This document shows positions 52,401 through 64,000 of a stretch of 64,000 bases of DNA, one piece after another; positions within the stretch are counted from its first letter, which is position 1, and each line of letters begins with the position of its first letter. The position numbers were made by a program, and so were the translations under genes. The stretch comes from Antedon mediterranea (lineage: Eukaryota > Animalia > Echinodermata). The DNA lies in NCBI RefSeq assembly GCF_964355755.1, contig NC_092671.1:14880001-14944000 (forward strand), in the 5' to 3' direction. A model generated the notes under the pieces. It did no database searches, had not been told where the DNA came from, and saw only the letters and a list, made by a program, of their open reading frames with translations.

Positions 52401-54706
52401 AAATCATTTCTAGCTTTCAGAAATTGTCATCAATGTACCCAAGTGCACATTGTCTAAACGTAATATAGCGCATGCGCATCGTCTTAGATGTTGAGTCTTT
52501 GAAATTCTGAAATATGAATATTAAAACAGTGTACGAGTGAGTAGCCAATCACATACAGCTAAAACTAGTCAACCGGATAATCGTATGCACCAAGAATTCT
52601 TGGTGTCAAACCACGTGACTTGTGCGTGTTTCCCCAGACGGAGTATCCAAACTCAAGTAATACACGTATGAAACGCCATATGTGCAAAAATATTTATATT
52701 TTTACTAATATTAAGACAAAACTCCGTCTGGAGCCCAGACTAACCACCTGGTATTGATATTTCATTTCAATACTTCATGTCCCTGTGGTATACGGTACCG
52801 TACAACATTTAGACACATTTTACTTTGCGATTAAATCCTATGGAACAAAATGTATCATTCAAATAAAATGTTTGTGCTTATTAAGAAACAGTTCCATTTT
52901 AGAGTAATTTTGGTTATTTTTCACTTACACAGTTTTTAGTTAGGCCTACGTGTTAAATCGTGTGAAGTATTATTATTGATTAAATAAATGTGAAAAACCC
53001 AGTTTTATTCACTTTACATTATAAAACATAGGCCTATTTAAGTTATTTTATAATGAGGAGGTATAAATAATATAGTTAAAACACTTTATTTTATAATAAC
53101 TAGCATATTGTAAGTGGGTTTCACAAAAAGAGTTGATACCGTATGTCCTTGTTTGCAATTTGAGAAAATGCTGCATAATAACCCTCATGTTTGTTGACAT
53201 CCGATGTGCAGTAGTTCAAATTCATTTCACACCTATCTCAATCTACAGCACATTAATATAAGCCTGCTTGTTTTTGACACCTTTTTCTTCTACAAGTACG
53301 GTCGAATTTGTTTATAGGTGTTTGGACATAGGCATACCCTGCAAATATTTCAGCCATTATTTTTACTTTTTTTTCATGATTGTCTAAATACTTTACTGAT
53401 TCATTACGAGTAACACATTTCACTTTCTATACTCTCCCAATCAACAACAAATATGGATAGGCCTATAACAGTTCAGGATAGCTCAGTTTTAGTGAAAAAA
53501 ATACTTTGTAAAACAATTCTTCATAAAGACAAAAAAATTAATAGGTTTTTATCATCCAAGCCTTGCATTTAAGTTGAATGATGAACACAACACTATTAAG
53601 TAGGTACTTATGGTATATTAATTGCTGGTCAAATAATAGTGTTATTTAGTAGAACATTTTACTTATAGGTATCAATTAGAAAATATACGCGGCGTTTTCA
53701 GATAACGATTAACCGTATTATAGATTATTCAACTAGGATTGTGTTACCCCTGGCTCGATAGATGCCAACTTCCTAATGACCAATGGATGGATAGTGGTGG
53801 TGACAATTACTTTGTTCCAGTAGTGCGAATATAATGTGGGATACTACTTTAATAATAATTGTTACGATATGTGGAAATACAGTAGATAAAGGAAACACCA
53901 CCTTTTGGTGGACAACGTAGCTCAGATTAAAGCACTAACGGAGATAATTACAATTGAAAATCTTGGATTAATTGCAGCATTTCATGGAGCTGTAAAAGTA
54001 AAATATGAGAACATTATCAGCTCGTCCGTCGTTGATCAGTTGCAATAATAATGCCTATATTGTATCTGAAATAGTTGCCTATCATTAACGCTGTGAAGTT
54101 TTCATCCCTGGAGAAGTGCCGTAACATTAATGTGGAGTAAACAAACATTAAGGACACAGTACAAACGATTGAAACGTTTGAGTACAAGTCTTACGTCATT
54201 CATTGGAATATTGATCAGTAGAAACGTGATATAATAACGATTAGTTCATAAAGATCAGCTGGAACTTTGTTTTATTAATTACAGCTACTGCTCTGCCAAA
54301 TTGTTGTTAGATTAAAAAATGTCTTCAATTTTTCTCTATAGTAAAGAAATGAGAAAAATAGATTGAAGAAACAAGTGAACAAATTAGACAACCACTATAC
54401 AATATGTTCTTCTGAAAGAAGCGTCACCAATTACTTTAGACTATTTGAACTTTACCGGAAAGCGATATTTTAGAAAGAAAATTCGATACAATGAAAGAAA
54501 ATTATTATGATTGGCTGTTTGTCGTCACGTAAAACGTCGCTAACTGAACACTTGTTTTGTTGTCTGTTTTATTTGTGTACTAAACACATTGTATACAAAT
54601 AAATACATAGAAACTGGTGCATTAAAACTTCGGATTTGGTTTTGTGGAGTTTACATACCGATGTTCTAACATATACTATTAATAAATATATTACATACAT
54701 TTATAT

Positions 54707-55146
54707 TTTATTTTATTTTATTTTATTTTATGTCTTTAGGCAATGTGGCCAAGGATTACCAATAGTGAATTAATCACTGTCCTATCAGATAGGTGGTAAT
54801 CCCCCTGATACATGGGCTATTGTGTGAACCAGTTCACCGGGGTAACCCCCTACTCTTTTTCGAATAATGAACTGGGTTCTGTAAAGTAGCCTACACTACT
54901 AACTTGTAGAAAAATATTTTTTTTCAGCTGATTTTTTTTGTGTAATTGTAACACAGGGGGCGCTAGACAACAATCACCCATGCTTGAAAGTACACTAGAC
55001 TTACGGTTTATAGTCCTTATCCGAGAAGACTTGTTCCACCACCAGAACTAGGAGCGAGTTCGGCCTCGAACCCTTGCCGATGTTGTTGTTGGCTCTTTAG
55101 GTACGGTAAACGGCGCCCCTGCCTTAACCGCTCGGCCATATGACTC
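54707..55146 (-). mobile_element. Second Deu-domain tRNA SINE copy with an internal 109-nt replacement
   Basis: Nearly identical to 9321-9686 except at 54881-54989 and a short (tgt)n expansion near 55081. Same A and B boxes and (AAAAT)n tail. Confidence 0.88.
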
Positions 55147-56689
55147 GCTCATATATATTATAGATATTGATTTGCGACTATGATAACATTATATACACCT
55201 GTAAACATTCGTCAAACAAGTCTAAAAAAAATATGCTTAAAGGAAATGAATCGTTTATGAATAATGTTAGTCGGCAGATTTAAAAAAAAAAATATTTTTT
55301 TTCGGCTGATTTTTTTTGTGTAATTGTATTCTTGTTCATTTTCTTAAAATGTTGACACACACTGTCCTTAGTGGGTGCGATACCAGCAGCGAGTTCAAAA
55401 TATAAACTAACACAGGGGGCGCTAGACAACAATCACCCATGCTTGAAATTTCAACAAACTATCAAAAAGGTCACAACCTAAGCGTGTTCGCTCGGTTCAG
55501 GTTGTTTGATTAAAAATAATTATTTAGCCGAAGCAAGCTGAAAATTATGGTTGCCAGGCCGTTATACTATTGTTGATTTGTTTGCTATAATCTGTATTAT
55601 AAAGATTAGATTTCACGAATTGGGCTGAACATAACATACATGTTGTCCAACCATGGGCCTATAATTAGTTTGTATCTCAGAAAATAGAGGGCTTACTTTG
55701 CTTTTATCAATATTAAAGATACAGTATACAATGAGTAGGCCTACGGATCTACTCAATAAGTTATACATATCTATAAAAAATATTTATATCCAAAGGCATA
55801 ATTGACTCCTAAAAACTAGTCAGGAGGCCAAACTCAGTGATTTCAGTGTGTGGGGAGTTGTCCCGAGGGTGGTCGCATACTACGGGCGGTTCAACTGTAT
55901 AGTCAGATCATTTGGAAAAACAAAATCCTTCTTATATCATTAGATATTTAAATAATATTTCTGAGAGCGAAAGGAGGCCCTCTATAACTTGTAATACTAC
56001 AATAACCAACAACACGACGATTAAATTGGATCATGCGCAATTGTGAAATGTTTAAAATTTAGGCTAACTGAGTTCAATCTAGAGGTTAGTTAAATAAAGA
56101 ACTTTATTATTTCAATGTTTGTAATGTTGACGTCTGTCTCTAGGCTTTACTGTCACACTACTACACTGTAGTAGTTACTCAACGTTGTACGTATGAAAAG
56201 TTCCATGAGTATACAGCAGATGAAGAACATAACATGCGTTGTAAAATGGCTATTAAAGCCCATAATGCATCATTGTAGACTTGGATAAATTATACGGACT
56301 TGGAATTGGAAAATTAGATGTGTAACTATTGATCAACAGGCCAATATATAGCATACGCCGTTAATTTGCCATTAATTTAAGGATTCACGTTCACCTTTTG
56401 TGGATATAAGATCATTTCTCCACAAAATGATCGACGCAAATAGTTTTTTTTTGACCTGTGACACGCGCATTGATATGATGCGCATGCGTATGTGAAATAT
56501 TTTGCTTATGATATGCCGCCCCACGGAATCGAATCGAAACAGCTTCTCGCCACTACAGTTTGCATAATTGTATGTTCCTTTATTTAAATGGTAAGTAACA
56601 CTATATGGTAAACAATCAATATTGTGCAAATACGAACACAAACGTCAAAAGTTAGGCCTACTTATTGCAACAATGTAAAGAACATCATT

Positions 56690-56930
56690 TTTGGGAAATG
56701 GCGATTTCATCGTCGGCGGTGACGTATACACGCCCTCTATGGGCTATGAATGCGCCGCCCGCTCTTTTTGGTTAGCCATTTTTTTTTAATCGCATTATTA
56801 ATGTCTATAAAAAAGGTTGAGATTGTTGTTCAATTTAAAAAAAAACAAGAACAGTTTTTATAAACAGCATGCCATTTTTTAGCACACACACTAGGCTACC
56901 CAATAAATCTAAATTCGTTTAGAGGTAAGT
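56690..56930 (+). promoter_or_regulatory. Candidate promoter and 5' UTR exon of the downstream nuclear-protein gene
   Basis: Locally GC/CpG-rich patch, several YY1-like motifs (AAATGGCG near 56696; GCCATTTT near 56775 and 56871) and a consensus donor GAG|gtaagt at 56924. Confidence 0.4.
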
Positions 56931-57797
56931 TGTATGCCGACGGCGCGCTTTGCTTTGAAGGAGGCATTAGCCGTTTTCGTAACTAGAGGCTAGGCTACGT
57001 AGGCCTCTCTCTAGCAGCCTGCTTGTTTAATTTTGTTACTATGTAGGACTACTGGCGACTGTTTGTACCAGGCCTAGGTCTCTAGCTGGCTTGATGAATA
57101 CCATTTTGCTTTCTTTGCATAACTTGTCGATTACAATATGCAAGGTTAGAAATCATGAATAGTGTTTTTATGGGTAGTGAACAGAGTGCTTTTTACCGGC
57201 TTTTTATTGTGGAATTTACGTCAGTATATACGGTATATGTATAGCGCCCTCTGTTTTATTTTGATCATCAGCCGTCGGTCGGTGGTGGGGTACGTTGTGT
57301 GGCCTCTCAGTACGTGTGCTGTATTGTGATTTTCTGATTTTAGTGCTTTGATAATGAACTGTATAAATAATTAAAAACATTACAATTTATAATGCAAAAA
57401 ATTACTGAATTTTACAGTTAAAAACAGTTTCTTACTTATATAAAATTCTTTTTTTTTTCAACACAATAATATTTAGTGAAAACTAAACAAAATGTTAAAG
57501 TTAATACAGTTGATACATCCATACAGAGGTAGTTTAAACAATTTATGAATAAATAGGGTTTTTTTAAATAAATATAAAGGACACATTTTAAATTGGATGC
57601 TTAGTTGATAAAATATTATAATGTACTGTCATTTAGACCTACTGATTCCATCAAATCAAGCCTATTAAACTTAGCCCTTGCTCTGATATGTTTTAGTTCA
57701 CCTGCACATGTTCTTCTCTTTTTGTAGTAAACCATTCAGTATCTTTTGATACAGTTTTGAAGCAAAAATTGTGCCTCTGCGCTTAAAAGTTTCTTTG

Positions 57798-60700
57798 ATG
57801 GAAAAGCGTATTAGGAAACCAACAACCAAATATCTCTTATTAACAGAGAAGACACTGAAAAAGACCCTTAAGGACAACTTCAAACATTTAGAATCTAAAA
57901 AAGACAAAATTATGGACTTGTTTTTAGATGGAGCAGATACAAATTCATTAAATATACAATTGATAAATTGGTTAAATCTCTACATGTCATATTGCAAATC
58001 CTTTGACAAATATTGCCTTTTGCTGACAAATGAAAATAAACAGCAATATAAGGAAGAGTCTTTGGTTGGTAATCAATGGCTTGCAGATGTAAAAACTGCC
58101 ATCAAGTTGTATCAAAGTCAAGAAAAAAAACCAGGAAATATTCCGGTTTTTCCCGAGAGACCAAGAGTAAAGGAACCTGAGAAGATTACTGTGGATGATA
58201 AAGCCAGTCCCGAAAAAGAAGTCTCACAATTACCTGTAGAAATGATTGATTCTAAAAATAATGATACAAAGGTATAGTAAATGTTAACGATTCCTTAAGA
58301 TACACTACTGTAACAAAATTAACAGTAACAGAAATTAAATTTAGAATTGCATTCAACGGCATTGCAATTTCATTTCACCACATTTTTATTTGTTCTCGGT
58401 GATAGTAAATGGTGCAGCGTTTAAAAAAAAAATAGCAATTTCGTGTCATGTTGATAACTGTTTAGGAGCAAATAATGTTTGTAGACAACAGCAACTCAAT
58501 TTGAAGGTGTTTCACAGCAGTGGTAGTAGGGAGAAAACACCCTAAATAAAATACAACCTCAGCAACGAAACAGACCTTTTTATTATGAATAATAGACCTA
58601 AACATTTATATTGCTCAAGCCTAACCAACCCAAGATTTGTTCGAACATGTTTTTGTAACCCTGTACATTATTTTAACAAATTGCATGCATGAGTGAATTT
58701 TGCTAGCCTAGCACCCTCAATTTGTTTTGGTTTTTTTTCCAGTAACAGAAAATCAACAATCTTGAATGCTGACAATTTGTGCTGTGCTTGAAACACAATT
58801 TTTTTTTCCATCTGTATTATAAGATGTTATTTATTTATAGGTTAAACAGACACCCTTGTCCTGGTTTTCTGTTTTTTAGTATTTAATGGTAAAATAAATT
58901 GTGACCTTTTTGGATTTGGTCTGGTTTTTGGAAAAGTTTCATAGACTGCAGTATGGTATTTGTCTGTTATACAGTAGTTCCTAGCGTGTTTTGACTAACA
59001 GTAACATAGACATTTTTACTAGGTTCATACTGTTTTACTCAAAATAAAATTTCAGAAATGAGTTTATTATTTTTTTCTTTCAGAAAATGAAGTCTATAGA
59101 AAAAGTTCATGTTGCCCCTCTTTCATCAAAGAGCATTCCCGCCTTGTTTGCTGTTCCATACAAAGACAAATCTAATGGGTATGCATATTTTTATATTTCA
59201 TTAATATTGTCAGCATTGTCATGTTTTTCAGTAATTTGTCTTTGGATTTATATTTCATTAATAATTGACAATTCGCAATATTGAGTAGGATGTATGCTTT
59301 ACTCTAGGTTTGATGAATTTGAGGGTATTTTGTAATTGTTGGCAATCCAGATATATTAATTCAATGGAAAAAATGGATTTTGTGTTGTTTGTCTATATGC
59401 ACATTTGCTGACATTCTATATTCTAACATCCAATTGATTAGTGATTTCACTAGTGCTATGTTCCAAAATTATAATATGGGGTGTACTGTGCTTCATTACT
59501 AATTCTTCATATAACTTGTAATGTTACTGTATGTTGTTGATATTACAATGTTTGTTTGTTTTATTTATAGGAATCCCAAAAGTATGCGATTATGTAAGAG
59601 AGTTATTTACATAAAAAATGGTATGTCATACAGCAATTATGTTCCAGTAACGCAGGCTGAAGCTGATTCCAAAAATATGTTTGGTATTGAAAGAGTTGTA
59701 AATGTACTGGATGAGAATCATAAATTTAAGCGTCATATGGTTATTAAAAACTGGGTTAACCATGTCAAGCCAGCTAAAGGAAATATTAGCCATATTATAC
59801 CACCTAAAACACATACTAATACACCTTTGGTAGTTTTGCCTGAAAAGTTTGAGGAGATTCCAGTATCTAAACAAATACCACCACAACAGTCCATTCAGAA
59901 AGATAAGTTATTTGTGCAGAGCACTGACTCTCAAGCAAAACACCCTATAAGCCTAGCTAGCCAAACCGTTTCAAATACATCTGAAATTAAAATCACTTCT
60001 GTGTTTTCATTTGCAAGCAAAAATGATTTGGTACAAAATTCAAACAATCCAACAAGTTGTAATGTCCGATCCACTGATTCAAGTGGCAGTTTATTTTTTA
60101 GAAAATCTGCAAATGACAGTTTAAAACAAGTCGTAAGAGAAGAAGTTGTAAATGCAGCTCCAACAAATAACATCCAGTCTCCTGCTTACTTAATAGGTGA
60201 CACACAAAAAACTACATCACCAAATAAAAATATTGAACACTTACTTGCAGCACATTATAGAAAAGGGAACATGATACTTCCCACAGATCATACATACATT
60301 GCTGCCACACATCAACCCATTGTAAACTTTGTTGTAGAACAGAAACCTAATTCACAGAAATATACATTGGGATCAAAACCAGCTAAGCTAGACGAAATAG
60401 TTGATAAGAATTCTAAATTGAAAAGCAAAAAGAAAAAATCAAAGAAGTATGAACACAGAAAACACAAAAGAAGTTCACCGAGAAAGAGAAAGAAAAGAGC
60501 TTATTTTCCACAAATGGAATGTTCCTCTGATTCTGAAGATTCATCACAGAGCAGCGATGCAGAATTAACTAGTCGATCAGCATCTTGCAAAATGTTAAAA
60601 GGAGTTGAGCATGCCCAAATTGAAAATAGACCAGTAAGAAAAAAGAAGATTCCAAGAATGTCATTGCCAATTGGTACAGCATTAACAGATACTGAATCTT

Positions 60701-61125
60701 CTTCAGAAACTGAAGAGGAATTAAAGCGTAATAGAATTGTGATAAAAGAGGAACCTATGGATCCCAGTGATGGTTACTTGAATAGTTTTTTAAAGGAACA
60801 ACAGTTAGCAATGAATTCGTTATTAAATCAATCAAATACAAATACGGATTTTCCTCTTGTAATGATAAAAAAGGAACCAGTTTCTGACACTGAAGATTCT
60901 TCAAGTTCCTCACAGATTGTTAGAATAAAAGAAGAACCAGTGTCAGAGGAAGAAGATCAGTTTACTGCGAGAACTGAATCACCACATGAGGAAGACTTAA
61001 GTGAGGTCTGCACATCAAGAGAAGATCGTGTAAAGCAATTAAAAGAACGAATTAAAGAAAAACAGACTGTCTTGGCAGCATTCAGAAAGAGACCTCGTAT
61101 TTCATTGCTTGTTAATAACATTTAA
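57798..61125 (+). CDS. Uncharacterized nuclear protein with an LRIF1-like C-terminal coiled coil; join(57798..58271,59084..59178,59571..61125), 707 aa
   Basis: Three ORF-track pieces join in frame through GT-AG sites (phases 0 and 2). Basic NLS-like tract KSKKKKSKKYEHRKHKRSSPRKRKKR, three IK(E/K)EP SUMO-consensus sites, PxVxL-type motif PLVVL, and terminal REDRVKQLKERIKEKQTVLAAFRKR. The gene model is well supported; the LRIF1 likeness is from remembered sequence only. Confidence 0.8.
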
Positions 61126-64000
61126 AACATTGAACTTCAAAGTTCCTCGATTCCTCTGAAATAATTTGTGAATACTATGTGTTCTGTATATCGTGTGTAT
61201 ACCTGATGTGCAGTAGCTTTTTCACCATGAAGACTATGAGTATCTTATTCTTAGTTGTTTGTGATTTGTCACTTGTAAGTGTGTATAAGGATTGCTCATT
61301 GTCTAGTATTGAACGTTTTTTATGCTGTTTATTCCATCAAACGTTGTTTGTTAAAAAATTTGATCTACCAAATTCAAAAATAATAATAAAGTACATAATG
61401 ATTTTATAATAATATGTTAAACGAATGGTAAAAGATTTTTTTTATGATAGGTGAATAATAATACTGTAATTACATCGAGGCTATTATTTTTTTTTTAAAG
61501 GTGCCTATGAGACCTTAGAAAAGATGTTAATGACTTAATCTAATTAATGAATCGTTTATTTACCTCATTGGTAGCCCAAATGACATGGTGGTAATGATAG
61601 ATGGTAATTTTGAAGAAAAACTTTATTTTATTGTCATTGTAATACTGTAATATTTTATTATTTCGAGTTTGTTTTGTTTTATTCGACACTAAATTTGAAA
61701 GTTGCACATCATCTGATAGTAATGAGAAAATATTAAAATCGTGAACAAATCTATTTTGTATTTATTGTATCACCTATTACTGTATATAAGTTAAATTGAT
61801 GTATGATTTTATATTCCACTTTATTTTAATATATTGAAGGTAGTGGGAAATGTTCAATAGATAAGGGAAAACCCCCGTTTCACCACTAACTAGATTGTTT
61901 TTTCACGCTGCTGCTCTAGCCCGCTACGTCCCATTAGGACTACTCAATCAGAAGCTAAAGCAAGCAGCAGTTATAGTTCTAAGGACGACAGTTTTGCGAA
62001 ATGGAAACTCCACTATAATTTATTGATTCCAGCTGCTACAGTAGACCCAAAAAAAGTCTGGGAAAAGAGTCTATTGTCATGATAAAATTACAAATCCTAA
62101 AGCATTTCTGGTATATTCACTGTCAGATATTCATTGAATTATTATCGAGACAGTCCAATAAAGTTTGTATTTGTAATAGGATACTTCACACTTGAAATAT
62201 CTAGGGTGATGAAGTGACCCCCAGACTTGACCTTAGCAATAAAATTAACTAAAGTGACAGAAATTATTATTATGAAGTATTTGTTACTTTAAATTACATT
62301 TTTTTTCAGGTAAAATAACTATTATGAGACAATAAAATGACATTAAAAAAAAATTGAAAAAAAAAAAGAAATATTTCTTGTTTATCTAAATGTTTTATGC
62401 CAATCTTGCTTTGATAAACAAACATGTCAATGCACTGTGTATACAGAAAGGCATAATAAATAACATAACCATCAAAGATCCGTTTTGAATATTATATGGG
62501 GAGGGGATATAAGATGCAAAACAAATGAATTTGTCTACGAAACGTGGGATCCCCGCCCACCTTTGAAAAAAAAGTTAGGGTGGAAAATATCCACGCATTG
62601 ATAACCACCAATAATAACACGTAAATATACTGATAAATATTCATAATTTCTCTGCAAGAAAATGATTGAAATAAAGTAAACAAAATGTATTTAAATTTAA
62701 ACCACTGTCAACATCAAGTAATAGTTGATATATTTACAACTTTGCTCCATTCAACTTCTTTTTTTTGTTACTACTGTATTTTAATTAATATTGCAGTGAA
62801 CCATACTTTTTTTTTTAAATTAGTTAAATGCGGCCAGTAGAAATATTATATACATTTAGTTAAGACGATAATCGCACCTCTTGCGTTACTTTGAGCCCGT
62901 TCGAACCAAATTATTTCCCCGGCTAAGTTCACTTTCACGGTCACCATAATAACAGTTACCTAACTTCGCAGGGTAGAGGCCAATAAAGTCTAATAAACAC
63001 AGATGGATGGTTGCTTTTTTTATTAAAAAGAGAACTAACCTGAGTTTAGGATTTATTGGCCTATTTAAATTGTACATAACAAGGGAACAACGTAACCTTT
63101 AATACAGCATACGGTACTGCATCGATTAATTACAAGGTGATTGTTGATAAACATTGTTTTTTGGTGAGATGAGTAGATCTTAGACAGGTCAATAAAAAGA
63201 ATTACTTTAGGCTGGATAGTGATGTCTCCTTTCATTACGTTCGATATCGTTCAATTAAAATTGAACTCTGCCAGCCTATTTTCAGAATATAGAATGTACA
63301 ACACAATGATGAATATTATAATTCTGATAGGAAAGATGTATTTATAAGGACCGTGTGGTCTTCTGTAAAATGACGGTCTTTCGGTTTTTTGTTCCAATGT
63401 CGAACCTAATATTCCAATGGGGTCCTTAAAACATACACATGTACACAATACATTACGATATTAACACCAGTACACGAGTTAAAATTAAGTTTCCCGTTTA
63501 TGAGCTCTATAATAAATTAATTAGGCCTAACTATGATCTTGAAATTTTCATTACATTTTTTATATAACCATTAAAGATCACCCCCCCCCCCCCCAGATAA
63601 AATATGAAGATTAATAAATGGATTTTGAGGGCCATTTCGCAGTTTTAATAAAGTTCTGTTTGGAAAAAAAAGAAGTAATGTTTTTGTTGTTTTAAATAGA
63701 AAAAATAAACGGTTAAATTCAACAAAACTTCCAGTCATTGACAATGTGTGTTTTTTTTTTTAATTATCTTTTTTTTTTTCAAGTAAAATATTATGTGACA
63801 GTTAAAATCGCATGTTTTAACAAAAACATAATTCTTTTTTTTCAGGAGGATGAATCTTTAAAGGCGTATTAAAAACCTTTTTTACGTTCAATGTACTTTT
63901 AAACATGATAGCATAAGAAACCACCTTCACTACGAAAATGCCCTGACAGTTCTCGTGCTTAGAATGACGTGATTCTGACGTCAATTACGTATTACTTGAG

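Noticed and set aside
51150-54450. Possible additional insulin-family paralog or decayed gene upstream of the octinsulin-type gene
   Set aside because: No CC-x3-C-x8-C or CG-containing B-chain pattern and no coherent exon chain found by eye; a translated search would be needed to exclude it fully.
6628-60173. Short antisense ORFs over real exons and LINE ORF2 (e.g. 6628-6825, 24382-24867, 32893-33144, 35108-35794, 59626-60173)
   Set aside because: Shadow frames with no recognisable motifs.
62850-64000. Start of another gene at the window end
   Set aside because: There is an acceptor-like ttttttcag near 63845 and a TGACGTCA site, but no supportable reading frame inside the window.

Overview
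AT-rich eukaryotic (animal) genomic DNA with spliceosomal GT-AG introns. An 8-cysteine insulin-like precursor and Deu-domain SINEs point to an ambulacrarian, probably an echinoderm (inference). Five protein-coding genes were assembled by hand from splice signals: (1) the 5' end of a signal-peptide + fibronectin type III protein (minus strand, runs off the window); (2) and (3) two tandem galactose-3-O-sulfotransferase paralogs (plus strand), the second with two alternative, phase-compatible signal-anchor exons; (4) an octinsulin-type insulin-related peptide gene (minus strand) with a candidate TATA/CRE promoter about 6.4 kb upstream of its start codon; (5) a 707-aa nuclear protein with an LRIF1-like C-terminal coiled coil. 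Between them are two disrupted L1/Tx1-clade LINEs, a CR1/L2-group 3' fragment, two tRNA-derived Deu SINEs, several MITE/Helentron-type non-autonomous elements, a 60-bp minisatellite with 240-bp higher-order structure, a 403-bp tandem duplication and two decayed Penelope-type hammerhead motifs. The most unusual sequence-level signal is strong enrichment of TA-flanked micro-motifs (TACWGTA, TAGGCCTA) that look like accumulated DNA-transposon excision footprints. All coordinates and counts were made by eye; no database searches were run.
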